A DNA stretch of 63,026 nucleotides, filler included, from Platydemus manokwari (lineage: Eukaryota): NCBI GenBank assembly GCA_037951405.1. It is 6 parts of 6 records of this genome, joined end to end, with 100 filler letters (N's around TTAATTAATTAA, not from the genome) between each part and the next. Parts side by side here need not be neighbours in the genome. Positions count along the whole stretch, not along the records: positions 43,665 to 52,891 come from JBBMOY011280429.1; positions 52,992 to 63,026 come from JBBMOY011176433.1; 4 more parts are not named here. One strand, written 5' to 3'. Position 1 is the stretch's first letter. Every line of letters starts with the position of its first letter. The translations under genes were made by a program, and so were the position numbers. Shown piece by piece: positions 51,063-63,026 of this stretch. The notes beneath the pieces are model-generated. The model was not told where the DNA came from, did no database searches, and worked only from the letters and a program-made list of their open reading frames with translations.

Positions 51063-52815
51063 TTATTTGGCTGATATTGTCGATGAAAAAATCATTTTTA
51101 TCAAAACTATGATGTAATATATTCCAAGAAAGAATGAAAAAACTTGTCTTATCTCTTGGAAACTTGCATACAAACTATAAAACATTCCCTTAATTGCCTT
51201 CTTAAAATGATCCCCAGATAACAAAGCTTCATAGTTGAATGATCCATCTATACTTTCTTGGAATACCTTATGCACCATGTTCATTATGACTTTCTCTTGT
51301 TGTATTGGAAATAACATGTGTTTTCTTGCCTTTTCTATATCTTCTGCTGCATATATCCCGTTATTATCCATGTCATTTACTGGTTGAAATGCTAAATTTC
51401 CTGTTGGTTTATTTGCTTTTAATGTTTTTACATCACTACGTGGTTTTTTGTGATCTGTTTCTATACATCTTCCATTATCAGATCAAAATACAGGATCCAT
51501 TACATATAATTATGTCCTAAAATGATTCTTTGACTGGTTACAAGAATGTCTTCTGATTATTATATATTATCGGCATTTCATTGGTACAATGCTCATGTTT
51601 CCTTACTACAAGGTTTGTCACTATTTTACACTTAAACGTATAGATAACTTCTCCTACAACTCAAGAGAAGATTCCTTTTTCCTCAAATATTATTGGTACG
51701 ACAAGTTCTGGATTTGTTATGGCTAAAGCTAACTTAGTCTTCAAGACTCCCATACTTAGCTTACAATTATTCAAGATTAATTCCATATAAACTTTCTCCA
51801 TTAGTCCTTTAACTAGATGATAGAAATAGTTCAGCTTATTATTAAAGTATTGTGCCAATTTTACATCCAATTTATTGACTTCTTTTTTAGCATCTTTTAT
51901 CTCATTTTCATTTAAATATATCATTTAAATATATATTTGTTACTATAACCATTTGAGCACATCTCCTATCATGCCCCTTATGTATGAATCTCATTGCATT
52001 TTTTCTGTCCTCACTCATTTATACTGTTGGTGTTTCTTTCATTCTTATCTCTGATGTTTCTCTATTAATATCGGGTAAATAACTTTCTACAAATTTTATC
52101 TCCTTAAATATTTTACCACTCACTGCGTGTAATCTTTCCTTTTTTATTAATGTTAATGGACATTGATATGGGTTTGCCCTATACATGATTAATGATATTC
52201 CTGTGTCTCATATTTCTTTTCCATATTCACAATTTATCCATGTTGTCATTTTTTTTAGTTTGTGCGTCAAATGTAGGTTGAAGTTCTCTTAATTCTATTA
52301 TGTAATGCTACTACATTTTCTAATGTCTTATTCCGCACTTGATATTCTGATCTCATACAATATCCTCCTGTTCCTCTCCAACCGCAGGTCCTATTATTTG
52401 TCATGTATTGCCTTTCCCTAATGTTATTGCATATCCTTGTGATGTGCAATATGTTCCTTCTTCAAATGCTTGTTTAGATTTTTCCTCTGTAGGTATTTCT
52501 GGCATTGGTGCCCATGCTGGTTCTAATATTGCTGTGTATGGTCCCGAAGACCATGAACAGTGATATGTTAGCTCTTAGTACATGATTTTGCAATCCCTGG
52601 CTTTTCAAACAGAAATTCGGACTCTTGATACACCTATATATCCTTAGCTATAGATTTTGTTAAATTTACAGGGTATGCCTCTGGACATTTATCGATGTCT
52701 AATAATGAGTATTTTTGTTCCCAATCTGGTTTTCCACAATCGTAACCATCTATTCCTGCATCTGCTCCTCATATTAATCCTACTAGGTATTAGGTGTATT
52801 AGTATGATTCCGGCT
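51063..52815 (-). pseudogene. Chuvirus-type (gB-like class III) fusion glycoprotein / env, copy 2
   Basis: Hydrophobic leader then GIDGYDCGKPDWEQKYSLLDIDKCPEAYPV. Also FNNKLNYFYH, KTKLALAITNPELVVPIIFEEKGIFS*VVGEVIYTFKC, NGIYAAEDIEKARKHMLFP, NYEALLSGDHFKKA and TM FSFFLGIYYIIVLIKMIF. Colinear with copy 1. Confidence 0.8.
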
Positions 52816-52891
52816 TTTTTTTAAAAAAACAAAAACATTTTTTTAAATATTTATTTAATGAAATTCAATCAAAATATTTTCCATTTGCAGA

Positions 52892-52991
52892 NNNNNNNNN
52901 NNNNNNNNNNNNNNNNNNNNNNNNNNNNNNNNNNNTTAATTAATTAANNNNNNNNNNNNNNNNNNNNNNNNNNNNNNNNNNNNNNNNNNNN
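52892..52991. other. Artificial contig linker
   Basis: N44-TTAATTAATTAA-N44. Confidence 0.98.
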
Positions 52992-54823
52992 ACACAAATA
53001 ATAAATTGAACAATTGATACAACATTCAAGGCAAAAATGTTTATTTATAAGGTTAAACAAAAAGGATAATAAGGTTAAACAAAAGGATATCATTAGAGCA
53101 TTTATTGCTATTGTTAATCAATCACGTTTAATAAAAAGTTTATTGTTTATTCATTTGGATATTGTTGGTTGTTGGTTGCGAGCTTTCATTATTGTATTGT
53201 CGAATATTGTTGGGTTGCGAGTTTGAATTGTCAGTAGCGGAGCAGTCCACACTCGGGGTCATTGTGCTTTCATGTTTATGTTTAGGGATTATATTTGGGG
53301 CTTTAGTACTATGTAACTTGTAACTTATTATATATGTAGGGATATTTGCTATATACATGCATGGGGTGTATGCCCAACAAAACTATGCTTGCTTTTTGTT
53401 ACTCGTTTATAATTATAAAATAGGCAGCAATAACTAATTAACACTCATACAATTTTTTTATACAAAAATTAGACTAATATACACCAAAACGACAACAAAA
53501 TCAATTCTGGGAAAGTTTTGGATTAAGAGCCCCTTTGTGGAATTGAAGTTAAATCGATTGCAAGGATGAGATTAGCTCTTTAAATATGAAATATAACGGA
53601 TGATGTAGATTGTAGAATGATTACACAGGAATTAGGCTTACTTTTACTATATAACTGAATTGAATGATCTTCCAAATTAAGACTGTGCATAAACCGGGTT
53701 TGAATAACTTGGACGCTGAATATCGCATATAATTGCTTCAATAAGTGCCATTTGGCTTAGTGATTTCAAAATAGTGCATTGTTTTAAGTTTTTTAGAGTT
53801 ATAATAATTGTCGTAGTGTTGAGTGCACCACCCAACTATTAAATATTTTTTGGGTGGTCGATTTAGTTTAAATATTACTGGTTCCTAGGGGCTTCAGTAA
53901 CTGGTATGAGGACCGAATTACTGGTAAAGTTATGAATTTATATTGAATATCCAGGCGCAGAGGAACTGATGTTGCTCTGAGCCTGAAATGATGAATTAAT
54001 GGTAAATCCCAAACATGATCGAGCTTATTATAAAGTTAATAGGTTTGAAAATAAGTCCCTTCAAACTATATTTATTAGTTATTATTCAATAAAGATTAAA
54101 CGAAATCTTTTGATCTACAATGTTTATATATTATGGAAAAAGAAATACAACAATTAGTATTAAAAAGAATAACAAAAGTTTGTCACAATAACCCGTACCT
54201 TGCCTGAGCGATTAATAGGTGAATCCGTAAAACGGACGAAGCAGATGATTATTATTTAAATTGAGAGATGTTATTCACTGACAATAATGTGGTTATCATT
54301 AATAGTAATAATTAGTATTTAAGTTACAATAGTTTAAGAATAAACGTGGTTACTAAGCAAGCGTTAAATGATGATTCAAAATTAAACACAAAATGGAATC
54401 CTTACTAGTGTCTGGTTATAAGAAAGCTGATCGAAATTAGGTCCACAAAGTTTTAATCCTGCACGATTGGCTAACAGTTGCCAAAGATCCAAAACACAAG
54501 TGTCGGTAGTGTGAGGTTTAAGATTTAAATTGAATTATATTGAATTTAAATTTTTTAAATTAAATTATATTATATTAAATTTAATTATATTAAATTTAAT
54601 TTTTTAAATTAAATTTAATAATTTAAAACAAAGAATAAAAATATTTATTATTTATATTGCTAAGACAATTACTGTAACCTCTCAAAAATGTTTTAAAAAA
54701 TTATTCATAAAATTTAAATGTGTTTAAAAAAATATATTTTATAATAATCGGAATTTTTAAAAGAAATAATATTTGTTTGAATAATGTTTAATATGAAAAT
54801 ATATTTTTTGGACTTTAATAGTT

Positions 54824-55800
54824 ATGGGTTTTCAACATAACCTAAAAAGCGATGAAGTGCTAGCCACTAACATGGCGACCGCGCACTTGGATGCGATCCT
54901 AGATTCGCAGTTGCCACTTAGATTCAAACTGGTGGATAATGTCGAACACTTTATTAAAAAGTGTAATCGATATTTCGAGGCTGGAAAAATCCAAAAGCAC
55001 GTCCAATACGCTATTGTATTACCACGATTGGTCGACGGCTTAGTAGAACAATTTAAGGCGAAGGACGCCAAAATGGGGTACGAGGACAGACTTAGGAAGG
55101 CATTTGGTCAAAGGAAATCCTTCGCCCAGGATTGGATGGAATCTCTAAGTTTTAGGAGGAAGGCCGCTCCGGCTGATGTCTATTTTAAAAAGGTAGATAA
55201 AATGGTGGAAGACATTTTGTCTCACAACATAACTAACTGCTTTCTTCTTGGTGCACTGTGCAGATGATGTGGAGCTAGAGAAAGAAATCAAAATGAGAGA
55301 TATTGGAGAATTGGATCAAATAAAAAAACCGTAAAAAAAACTAATTGAAGTAAGAAATAAAGAAATAGAAGTAAATACGGTGGAAATCGGAGAATGGACC
55401 ACGATAGTCAGATGGCAACCAAAATGCAGGGCTCCGGGAAGGAAAGTAGATAATAGGACGTCCTATAATTACCAAAAAACCAGGGCATATAGCACGAAAT
55501 TGTAAAATCGAGAAAGTAGTGACGAGTAGGTCACATAGCGAGAAATTGCCTAAACGTCATAAAGTGCCGTAGATATCAATACCGAGGACATCACGAGAGT
55601 GAATGTTACACAAATTTAAAGAGAAGGGGACAACAACGTCCATCTTCAAGAAAGGAACATCAATAATACAGCGAAGGTTTGAACACAGACAGGGTAATAA
55701 TAGAATAAATGAAAACAGGCAGAATTTCAAGGGACAAATTACAGAATGGTGAACTGAAATAATAGGCAATTAGGGGCGTTCGTACAAGAATCGGATTCAG
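54824..55800 (+). pseudogene. LTR retrotransposon gag remnant (capsid-like region plus decayed zinc knuckles)
   Basis: VEHFIKKCNRYFE...YEDRLRKAFG, then two GHIARNC motifs (~55484-55503 and ~55530-55550) of CX2CX4HX4C knuckles. Confidence 0.7.
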
Positions 55801-57812
55801 AATATAACGAAGAACACCCAAAAGAGATCGCTACGACTCACAGAGAGTGTGTCCAAGCAATACACTAAACAGTAAATCTAAGTCTGAGCAAGATAACGAG
55901 AGTATAAGTAGTCATATTGATATTTATAATATAAGTAATTTAAATAAAATAAACAAAATAAAAACTAAAATAAACGAGCGAGACATTACCCAGAACAAAA
56001 TAAATTGGAAAGTAGAAAAACAAACATATGTTATCTTCTTCCTTACAGTAACCATGTTGGCATATAAAAATTTAATGCATTGTCTTTTATCTGATTTATT
56101 TCTCGCATAAACGTTAGTAATTCTTCAAAGACATACTTATAGATAAACATATACTTTATAATTTTAAAGATAAACTCTAGCAGGAAACTATAAAAATTCT
56201 CATGGTTAAAATATTTTAGTTAAAGTCTTTTTATTTAATAATAAATAGGGATTAATTTCAATTTAAAGTAATATATTTGTTTAGCATTTAGATTGAGAAG
56301 CCAATAATTTAGTAATAACTATTTCTCCAAGAAGTATCGGATTGTATGATAACTTGAACAAGTAAGATTCCTAAAACTTAAATTGCTAGTCTATTCACTG
56401 AAGCCTTTCCGAAGATTAGCTCTCATACCACATCTTTTCAAGTAGCGGTCATCATTGTCTTTTACAACGTTCTATTCCGCATCTTCACACTTGTTGGACA
56501 AGTTCACGAGAAGTCATTGATCGGTTAGAGTATTTAAATATGAAAATCCTGATTGAGTGATATAATCAGAATTTTCAAGAATTTTCAAATTATCGAGTGA
56601 TAAAATTAATCAAAATTAATTAAATCAAGGAACAATAAATCAAATCATCAAAATAGGTTGCACTATATGTCAACAGTTACCAATGGATAAAGATTAATAG
56701 AAGAAAATAAATGGAAAAGAACCAAAATAGAAACGGTACAAATACTAAAGTCGATAATTTTATCTGATTAAGATACAGTTGTAACTAAGAAATAAGGAGC
56801 ATAATTTTTGGTAAGAAGTAGAAGTTACGGTTTACCACAGTTGCAAACATTATCTGGATTTATTTGAGATCTGACAAATTCAATTAAATAAGCGAATTTT
56901 CAACGTGTGTGTAAGTCTAAGTTATTTCAACTAATTTGATTTTTCAATATAACATCCTGTTAATGAGATAGAGTGCACCTACACATTTATAAACCTTGCG
57001 AACGTATTTATTGAACACATCGCAATTATTTTTTATTCCAAAAACTATGTATTTGTTGGGATACTTCTGAACAATTAATTAAACTCTGTCTCTAAAAGAG
57101 GATTGAGCGGTTTAAAGCTATCTGACTCCAAACAATTGCGGATACTAGCACTCTTATATAATCCTTATGACAATTACAATACAAACAAAATGCAACGTAG
57201 ATAATAATGTTTATTGAAATGTATCACAAAATATACAAGCTGAATAACTACAACAGCGTATGAGCTGAACAGAATTAATAAATTACAATGGTTCTACAAG
57301 ATCAGTTTCAATTCCTATCCCTAAAGAGGATGGGTATTGTCGGTGCCGCCTAATAGCCCGGACACAGACTCAGACCCGATAAAAGGTTAGGCAGAGAGGA
57401 GTTATAAGAGCTGACAAGTCCGTGAATGGATTGCAGATATAACTGTAAAATGAATAATAAGGAAAAATTACTCATTGTAAGTTTTAGTTGAAATCGCTAG
57501 AGATTATTCAGTGGTTGACTAACTATAGCGCTGTAAGGCGGTTGTACTGAGGTAATGCTCAGTATTTATACTAATTTTTGGATAAGGCTCCATATGGAAC
57601 AAAGCATAGCTTTGTTTGCGTATTTGTTTAAATTTCCTTCTAAATTCTTACAAATTGGGCTTTGTTTGTTTATATTTTGCAAAATGAGCTTTGCTTTGCC
57701 TTGCTTTGACTTAGCTATGTCTTTGTGTTTGTTTAGTTATTGATTGTTTATTTATTTTTACTAAATTTTGAAATTTTATTTTACATATTATTATATTTAT
57801 TCTACACTATAA

Positions 57813-57815
<3 letters not shown>

Positions 57816-57850
<35 letters not shown>
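57816..57850. repeat. (TA)n microsatellite
   Basis: Directly visible. Confidence 0.95.
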
Positions 57851-57853
<3 letters not shown>

Positions 57854-58865
57854 CCATAACATGTACTACTTAGTACACCTACTCATAAACTATGCTCCAC
57901 AAAATATCAACCGAAATTGACTTCCAATTGGCAGTTGGGCATTTTTACATTGATTTTTATATTCGCGACCTGTGTATATTTTTTGGTGTCACGTTTTTTT
58001 CATATTTTAACTCGCTATTTAGTTTTCCATGCTCTTGTTGGGTTTTTAAGTTTTTGCATGAGGGGATTGGCCAATCCCTATGTGTTCGTTGTTTGTAGCT
58101 ATGCCACTTTTTCCAATTATTTTTGACCATCTAATTCACTATGATTGACTGATAACTATATGAGTATGGTTGCGTAGGTATGCAAATGTTTAGTGTTTAA
58201 ACGAGGGTTCCAATTTGCAAGTCCATTTTTCTTTTAGCAGAATTTCATCTCAATCAACATATTCATAATTTCGCTGAAGATAATTATTAAACTTTATAAA
58301 GCAATCATAATTGTTTGTATTTTGAGAAGCATTTCACTAGTGCATACAGATCGCATCTTCATTCCAGCTTTTCACAGTTTTAATTTTAACATTATACGAC
58401 AGTTTTTTAAGCACCCTTTTGGTTCGCATTGATGGTCATTGTTAATCGTCGACCGAAGCATAATTTCCATGTAGCATATAATTAACATTTCTACTGACAA
58501 TAAATAATAGGTCATTAATTAATTAACTCCAGTTACTTAATACGGTATATTATATTATAAATATTCAATAGTACCACAAGCTGAGTTTTGCAATTTCAAA
58601 CCTGCGTATTGATCACTTGAGTATTTCGACTATTGAATCTAAGAATAGTTCAGAAACATTTCTCGTCGAATGTTGACAATCAAACTTTATTTCATAAAAA
58701 TTATTAATTATTGAACTAATGAAATGATATCTAACAAGTTGCTTCATTTGGATTTAGAATAAAATTGAAAATTATATTTGAAATAAAATTGAGCAATAAG
58801 ATATCTTTTAAAATGTTCTATCTTGAACAATATCCTTAAATCATTTCTCTAGTTGACAATAAAAT

Positions 58866-59348
58866 ATAGGAATGGAACGAAAGTCTTGTTCAATAGAAAA
58901 TAATATTTATTTAACCAATAAAGAAATTGAAAATAGTCACTTTTGAGGTGCTCACACTTTTGCTAGCGTTCTGGAATCTGTTTTAAGCCTTTTTCATAGA
59001 ATTCCGCAGGTTCTGAAACAAACCACTTTTCCAAATCATCGTTCATCGCTTAAAAGGAGTGTAACGTTTTCCCATGAAGTGCGTTTTTCATAGAAAACAG
59101 GTAGTCTGAAGGGGCAAGATCTGGGAAGTATGGTGGATGCAGTATTACTATAAAAAACCGGTCTCAGCAAGCTTATTTTGAGGTTGAACGTCATCTTGAA
59201 GTAAATGGAACTTTTCAAAACTGTTTCCATACAACCAACTCCTCTTTTCTCGAATATTCATATTGTTTATATTTTCAATTTACACATTGTCTTTATTGGT
59301 TAAATAAATATTATTTTCTATTGAACAAGACTTTCGTTCCAATCCTAT
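58866..59348. mobile_element. MITE with 59-bp near-perfect terminal inverted repeats
   Basis: 58866-58924 matches the reverse complement of 59290-59348 with one mismatch. The interior has no recognisable coding capacity. Confidence 0.85.
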
Positions 59349-59590
59349 TGTTTAATCGATTATCGATAGTAGCGGATAATTTTCTTAACAACTAAACAAA
59401 GTAATTTGATTATAATTATAACTTTAATAAATGCGTTCAATTGTATCATATTAATTTTACACAATAATTCTTTCAACAAATATTTTTTTGCATTTTAGGA
59501 AAAACATCTCCAATATCAAACGAATCACATGTACCAAAAATCTTTAAAAAACATACACATTTTTGATTGAATTTAAACGTTATTATTTAA

Positions 59591-62500
59591 TCAAAGACCG
59601 TGTTCCATTAAAGGTTTAGTATCATTATCGTGTTTCATAGGTTTTTCATTCATTAAAGGTTGGTCACCTGTTCCTTTACGTTTTCTTGATTTTTGAATTT
59701 TTTTTGTATCGACATTAACAACTTCAGAAACATATTTCCATTTTTCCGTACAAGGTTGCTGTGGATCATCATTCAAGCAACATAATTGATATTCTTGAAT
59801 TATTTCTGGTTTCACGATCCACCTAAATTATTTAGATTTTATTCACCGAAAAATTAAGAATATCATTATAAATATTGATTTTCAATAAATTTTATGTGCT
59901 ACTTTATTTATTGTTTAATTGTCCAGTTTTATAAATAATATGAATTCTTTTTAAATCTACTTTGTTATCAAATTAAAGCTTCTAAATTATCATAAATCTG
60001 GTGCTCAATTAATAAAATTAATCTCATTGGAATAATTTTTTGAAGTTCGGTAAAATCCCTTACATAAGGTGTCCAAAAAAATTGGCCCGAACTACGAGCA
60101 CAATGATAGCTATGAATTAACCAAAGATGCAACGATGATCAGCACAATATAAACAAGAATTGTGCTCGTAGTTTTCATTCACCATACAATAAAACTCATT
60201 GAAAAAATAGGTCTGTTTATCATACAAAATAGGGTGAAATTTTTTGGTAATCGTGTATATGAAATCAGTGATTTACAAATTGGGAAATATGGACCTATGC
60301 AACAAGATATGAGAAAATAAATAAAATCTTCAAATCAAATTTATAGAATAAAATGATTTCTACCACAGAGTTAATTTTAAAAAAAGGAAAGCCTCTTTAT
60401 TGAACACTCTGGAATATTGATGCTAATGCACTTTTCATATTACTTTGAAGATGTTAATTTTTATAAAGTTTGAATGAATACAGAAATCATTTGATAATCT
60501 ATTGATATAAATGAAAAAATGTATTGAAAAATCCTATAAAACAATTGTTCAATTTCGATTGAAGCGAGAATTATAAAACGTTATCAAGCAGATGATCTCA
60601 TATCATATTTATGAGAAATGTCATTTATTGAATTAGTTTTAATGAAATCCAAACATTGATCTTCATCTCTATGATGAATTCCATGATAAATTTTGTTCAA
60701 AAAACAAGCTACATATATCACATTTCAAATAAAATAATTGAGATATAAATATTTACAAATCAATTATTGTGCCAATTATTATCGTTTGTCATTTTTGCGA
60801 TCAAATAAATTTTTTATGTTTAAAAATATTTAAATAATAACGGAAGAGGAGCAATATATGTTTTATTTAAAGGCATCCACTATAATAAGTAGGAAAATCA
60901 TTGTTTTAAAGGGAATAAATATTTATAAATTTTTAAACATGAATTAATTGAATATTCTAGTTTCACTAATAATGATTAAACAGAAATAAAACGATTATTT
61001 GATGATAAATATCTGTAATAGATTTAAGAATGATAAAAAATGAATATGATATATAAATAATAGTGTTGATAATTCAGAAATAATATATAAAATGATGTGA
61101 TGAAATGATCAATGAATAATGATATATAAATAATTGTTGAGATAATCAAAAAATAATATATAAAATGACCAGAAATAATATATAAAATGACCAGAAATAA
61201 TATATAAAATGACCAGAAATAATATATAAAATGACCAGAAATAATGTATAAAATGATCAATAAAGAATAATATATAAATAATTGTTGAGATAATTCAGAA
61301 ATATTATATAAACTGACATAATGAAGAATGATGGCATATGCTATCATTATAAATATGCCGTTAACATATATTTGTCAACCCAAAATGTATCCACAGTTAT
61401 ATTTATGCCATTATAATGAATAACAAATCAAATCTCATCATTATATCAAATATATCAATAAAACTATCCAATCAAAAACTCACATTCCATCTTTCCAATC
61501 TGCCATCTCTTTCAATTTATCAAAGAATCGTTTTTTGCCAATTGAAAATTCATCCCAATCTTTACCTTGTAAATCATTTTCAAATGATACATCAGGTATT
61601 CTCCTGGTGATATGATATTCCCAAAACATTCTGAATTCATAACACAATTTAGCTCGACTCAATTGATTGCAATGCACCAATCGAATCAAATATGTGATGG
61701 CTTCTGGTGGAACAGATTTGATTTTAGATGAATTAGTGGAATAATCAAGATCAGATTGGAGATTGCAATGAATTGGAAACCCATCACCAGTACGGCATAT
61801 CATTCGAAACAAATCATTTGTGGTTTGATTGGAATGAATTTTATCATTTGAAATGAAACAAGGCCCAATGATTTTGGGATTGATTTGATGAACTTGTTGT
61901 TTAAGCTCGGCTTGGAATTGTTTTTCTCGAATATCAATCAGAATTTGCATTGTTTCCCCTGTGATGGGTTTCTTCTTTGATGGAACAGTTGGAATCTCTT
62001 CACTTGGATCGACATCCATTATATCTTCACCTTCAGAAAGATATCCATGAGGAACGACAAATGACATATCCTCAGGCTCCTCATTAATTTCTTCATCTTC
62101 TTCATTCTTTCAATAATAAAAATTCTCATTTCAATCAATAATTTCATAAACTTACATCTGATGAATTTATATCTTCTCCAGACTCATATTCCCATTCTTG
62201 ATCAGAATCCAGGTCATAATCGAAAAATGTTTTATCCTCAGCCAATGGATTCAATGGGGTAATCAATGCGCTTTTCTTTCTCCAAGTGCCGTAATATGGT
62301 GGTCGAATATTTTCCACAAATAAAAATGTCTTAGTTTTAAGCCTTTTTGAAGTAAGAAGATCAACATCTGGATCAGGTCTGAAGCAAATTCATAAATTGA
62401 TTTAAATCACATAATAACTTACAAAATCCATGTTTCGTCACAAAAACCGTTTCCTACTTTTCCTTCTAATAGCTCATCTAAGTAAGTTTTAGAACTATTC

Positions 62501-62950
62501 AATAAATCCGATAAAGATTTGATTCTATTTTTTTTAATTCTTTCTATTAAAGACATTCTCATATCTTTTTTAACTTCAATGGGCTTAAATCCACAAATGT
62601 TTTGTAAATCACATGACACATTTTCTTGAAAATCCTATTAGATCTAAAACATTTAAATAACTAAACAAAAATTTATTAACCTGATCATTTTTATCTTTAT
62701 TTAAAAATCCTAATAAAATCGCTCTTTGTTTCTCAAGTTTTTTATGTTTCTCTTCTTCTTCTCTGCGTTTGTCCTCTTCCTTCTTTTTGCGTTCCTCTTC
62801 TTTTCTACGTTTCTCTTCTTCTTTTTCAATTTCCTTTAAGCGCTTTTCTTCTTCTTTTTTACGTTTTTCCTCATCCTTTTCAATTCCCGGTACTTTTTTG
62901 ACATAATGTAATTCATTCAAATCTTTACCATTATTATTTAATATTATCAA
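59591..62950 (-). CDS. CHAF1A: Chromatin assembly factor 1 subunit A (p150), 5'-incomplete; exons ~62950-62681, 62634-62423, 62378-62156, 62106-61484, 59822-59591
   Basis: KER coiled coil ending in a PIP-like QRAILLGFL. CAF1A core FVENIRPPYYGTWRK...PLAED...DYDLDSDQEWE...GEDI, then FVVPHGYLSEGE and a C-terminal winged-helix-like WIVKPEIIQEYQL. GT-AG introns with consistent phases. Confidence 0.9.
60061..60258. mobile_element. Possible Tc1/mariner-type MITE with internal 15-bp inverted repeat (CHAF1A intron)
   Basis: Degenerate termini TACA..GGTGTCCAAAAAAATT and AATTTTTTGG..TCGTGTA. Perfect inverted repeat AACTACGAGCACAAT (60090-60104) / ATTGTGCTCGTAGTT (60159-60173). Confidence 0.45.
61151..61260. 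repeat. 22-bp minisatellite (AAATAATATATAAAATGACCAG) x ~5 in CHAF1A intron
   Basis: Four exact units plus one degenerate unit. It explains the spurious ORF 61024-61347. Confidence 0.95.
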
Positions 62951-63026
62951 CTGTCATTAATATATTATTATTTGAAATTCTAAAATTCATAAATAGACAG
63001 ATTAATCAAATACCGAGAATTGCTTT

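Larger units (their letters stand above)
47007..52815 (-). mobile_element. Ty3/Gypsy-type retroelement (element 2) with order glycoprotein - protease - RT - (RNase H deleted) - integrase
   Basis: All domains are on the minus strand within one contig; see sub-features. Confidence 0.85.

Noticed and set aside
12088-52991. Regularly spaced TTAATTAATTAA palindromes flanked by Ns
   Set aside because: Identical 100-bp assembly linkers with stops in all six frames; not biological.
61024-61347. 107-aa hydrophobic ORF
   Set aside because: Product of the 22-bp minisatellite inside a CHAF1A intron.

Overview
This is AT-rich eukaryotic (metazoan) DNA. The (AAT)n microsatellites and 44-53 nt introns suggest a triclad/planarian-type flatworm, which is inference only. 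The window is six contigs joined by artificial 100-bp linkers (N44-TTAATTAATTAA-N44), so adjacency across linkers is not trustworthy. Host genes, all on the minus strand: an intronless TAF2-like gene (2421-5231), a two-exon secreted PAN/apple-domain gene with one in-frame TGA (16956-17865), a complete five-exon TLC-domain gene (TLCD1/2-like, 26360-33636) and a 5'-incomplete CHAF1A/CAF-1 p150 gene (59591-62950). The rest is mostly decayed transposons: several Ty3/Gypsy remnants, protein-primed PolB (Maverick/Polinton-like) fragments, an internally deleted Tigger/pogo element, and piggyBac-like and other MITEs. The standout is two divergent copies of a chuvirus-type (gB-like, class III) fusion glycoprotein carried by LTR retroelements. 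One copy lies just upstream of an LTR end. The other lies immediately upstream of a Gypsy protease-RT-integrase region, an env-before-pol arrangement. That pol is interrupted by a 1337-bp solo LTR (TGTTG...CAACA, CATT target-site duplication) homologous to the first element's LTR. All family assignments come from motif recognition by eye, not database searches.
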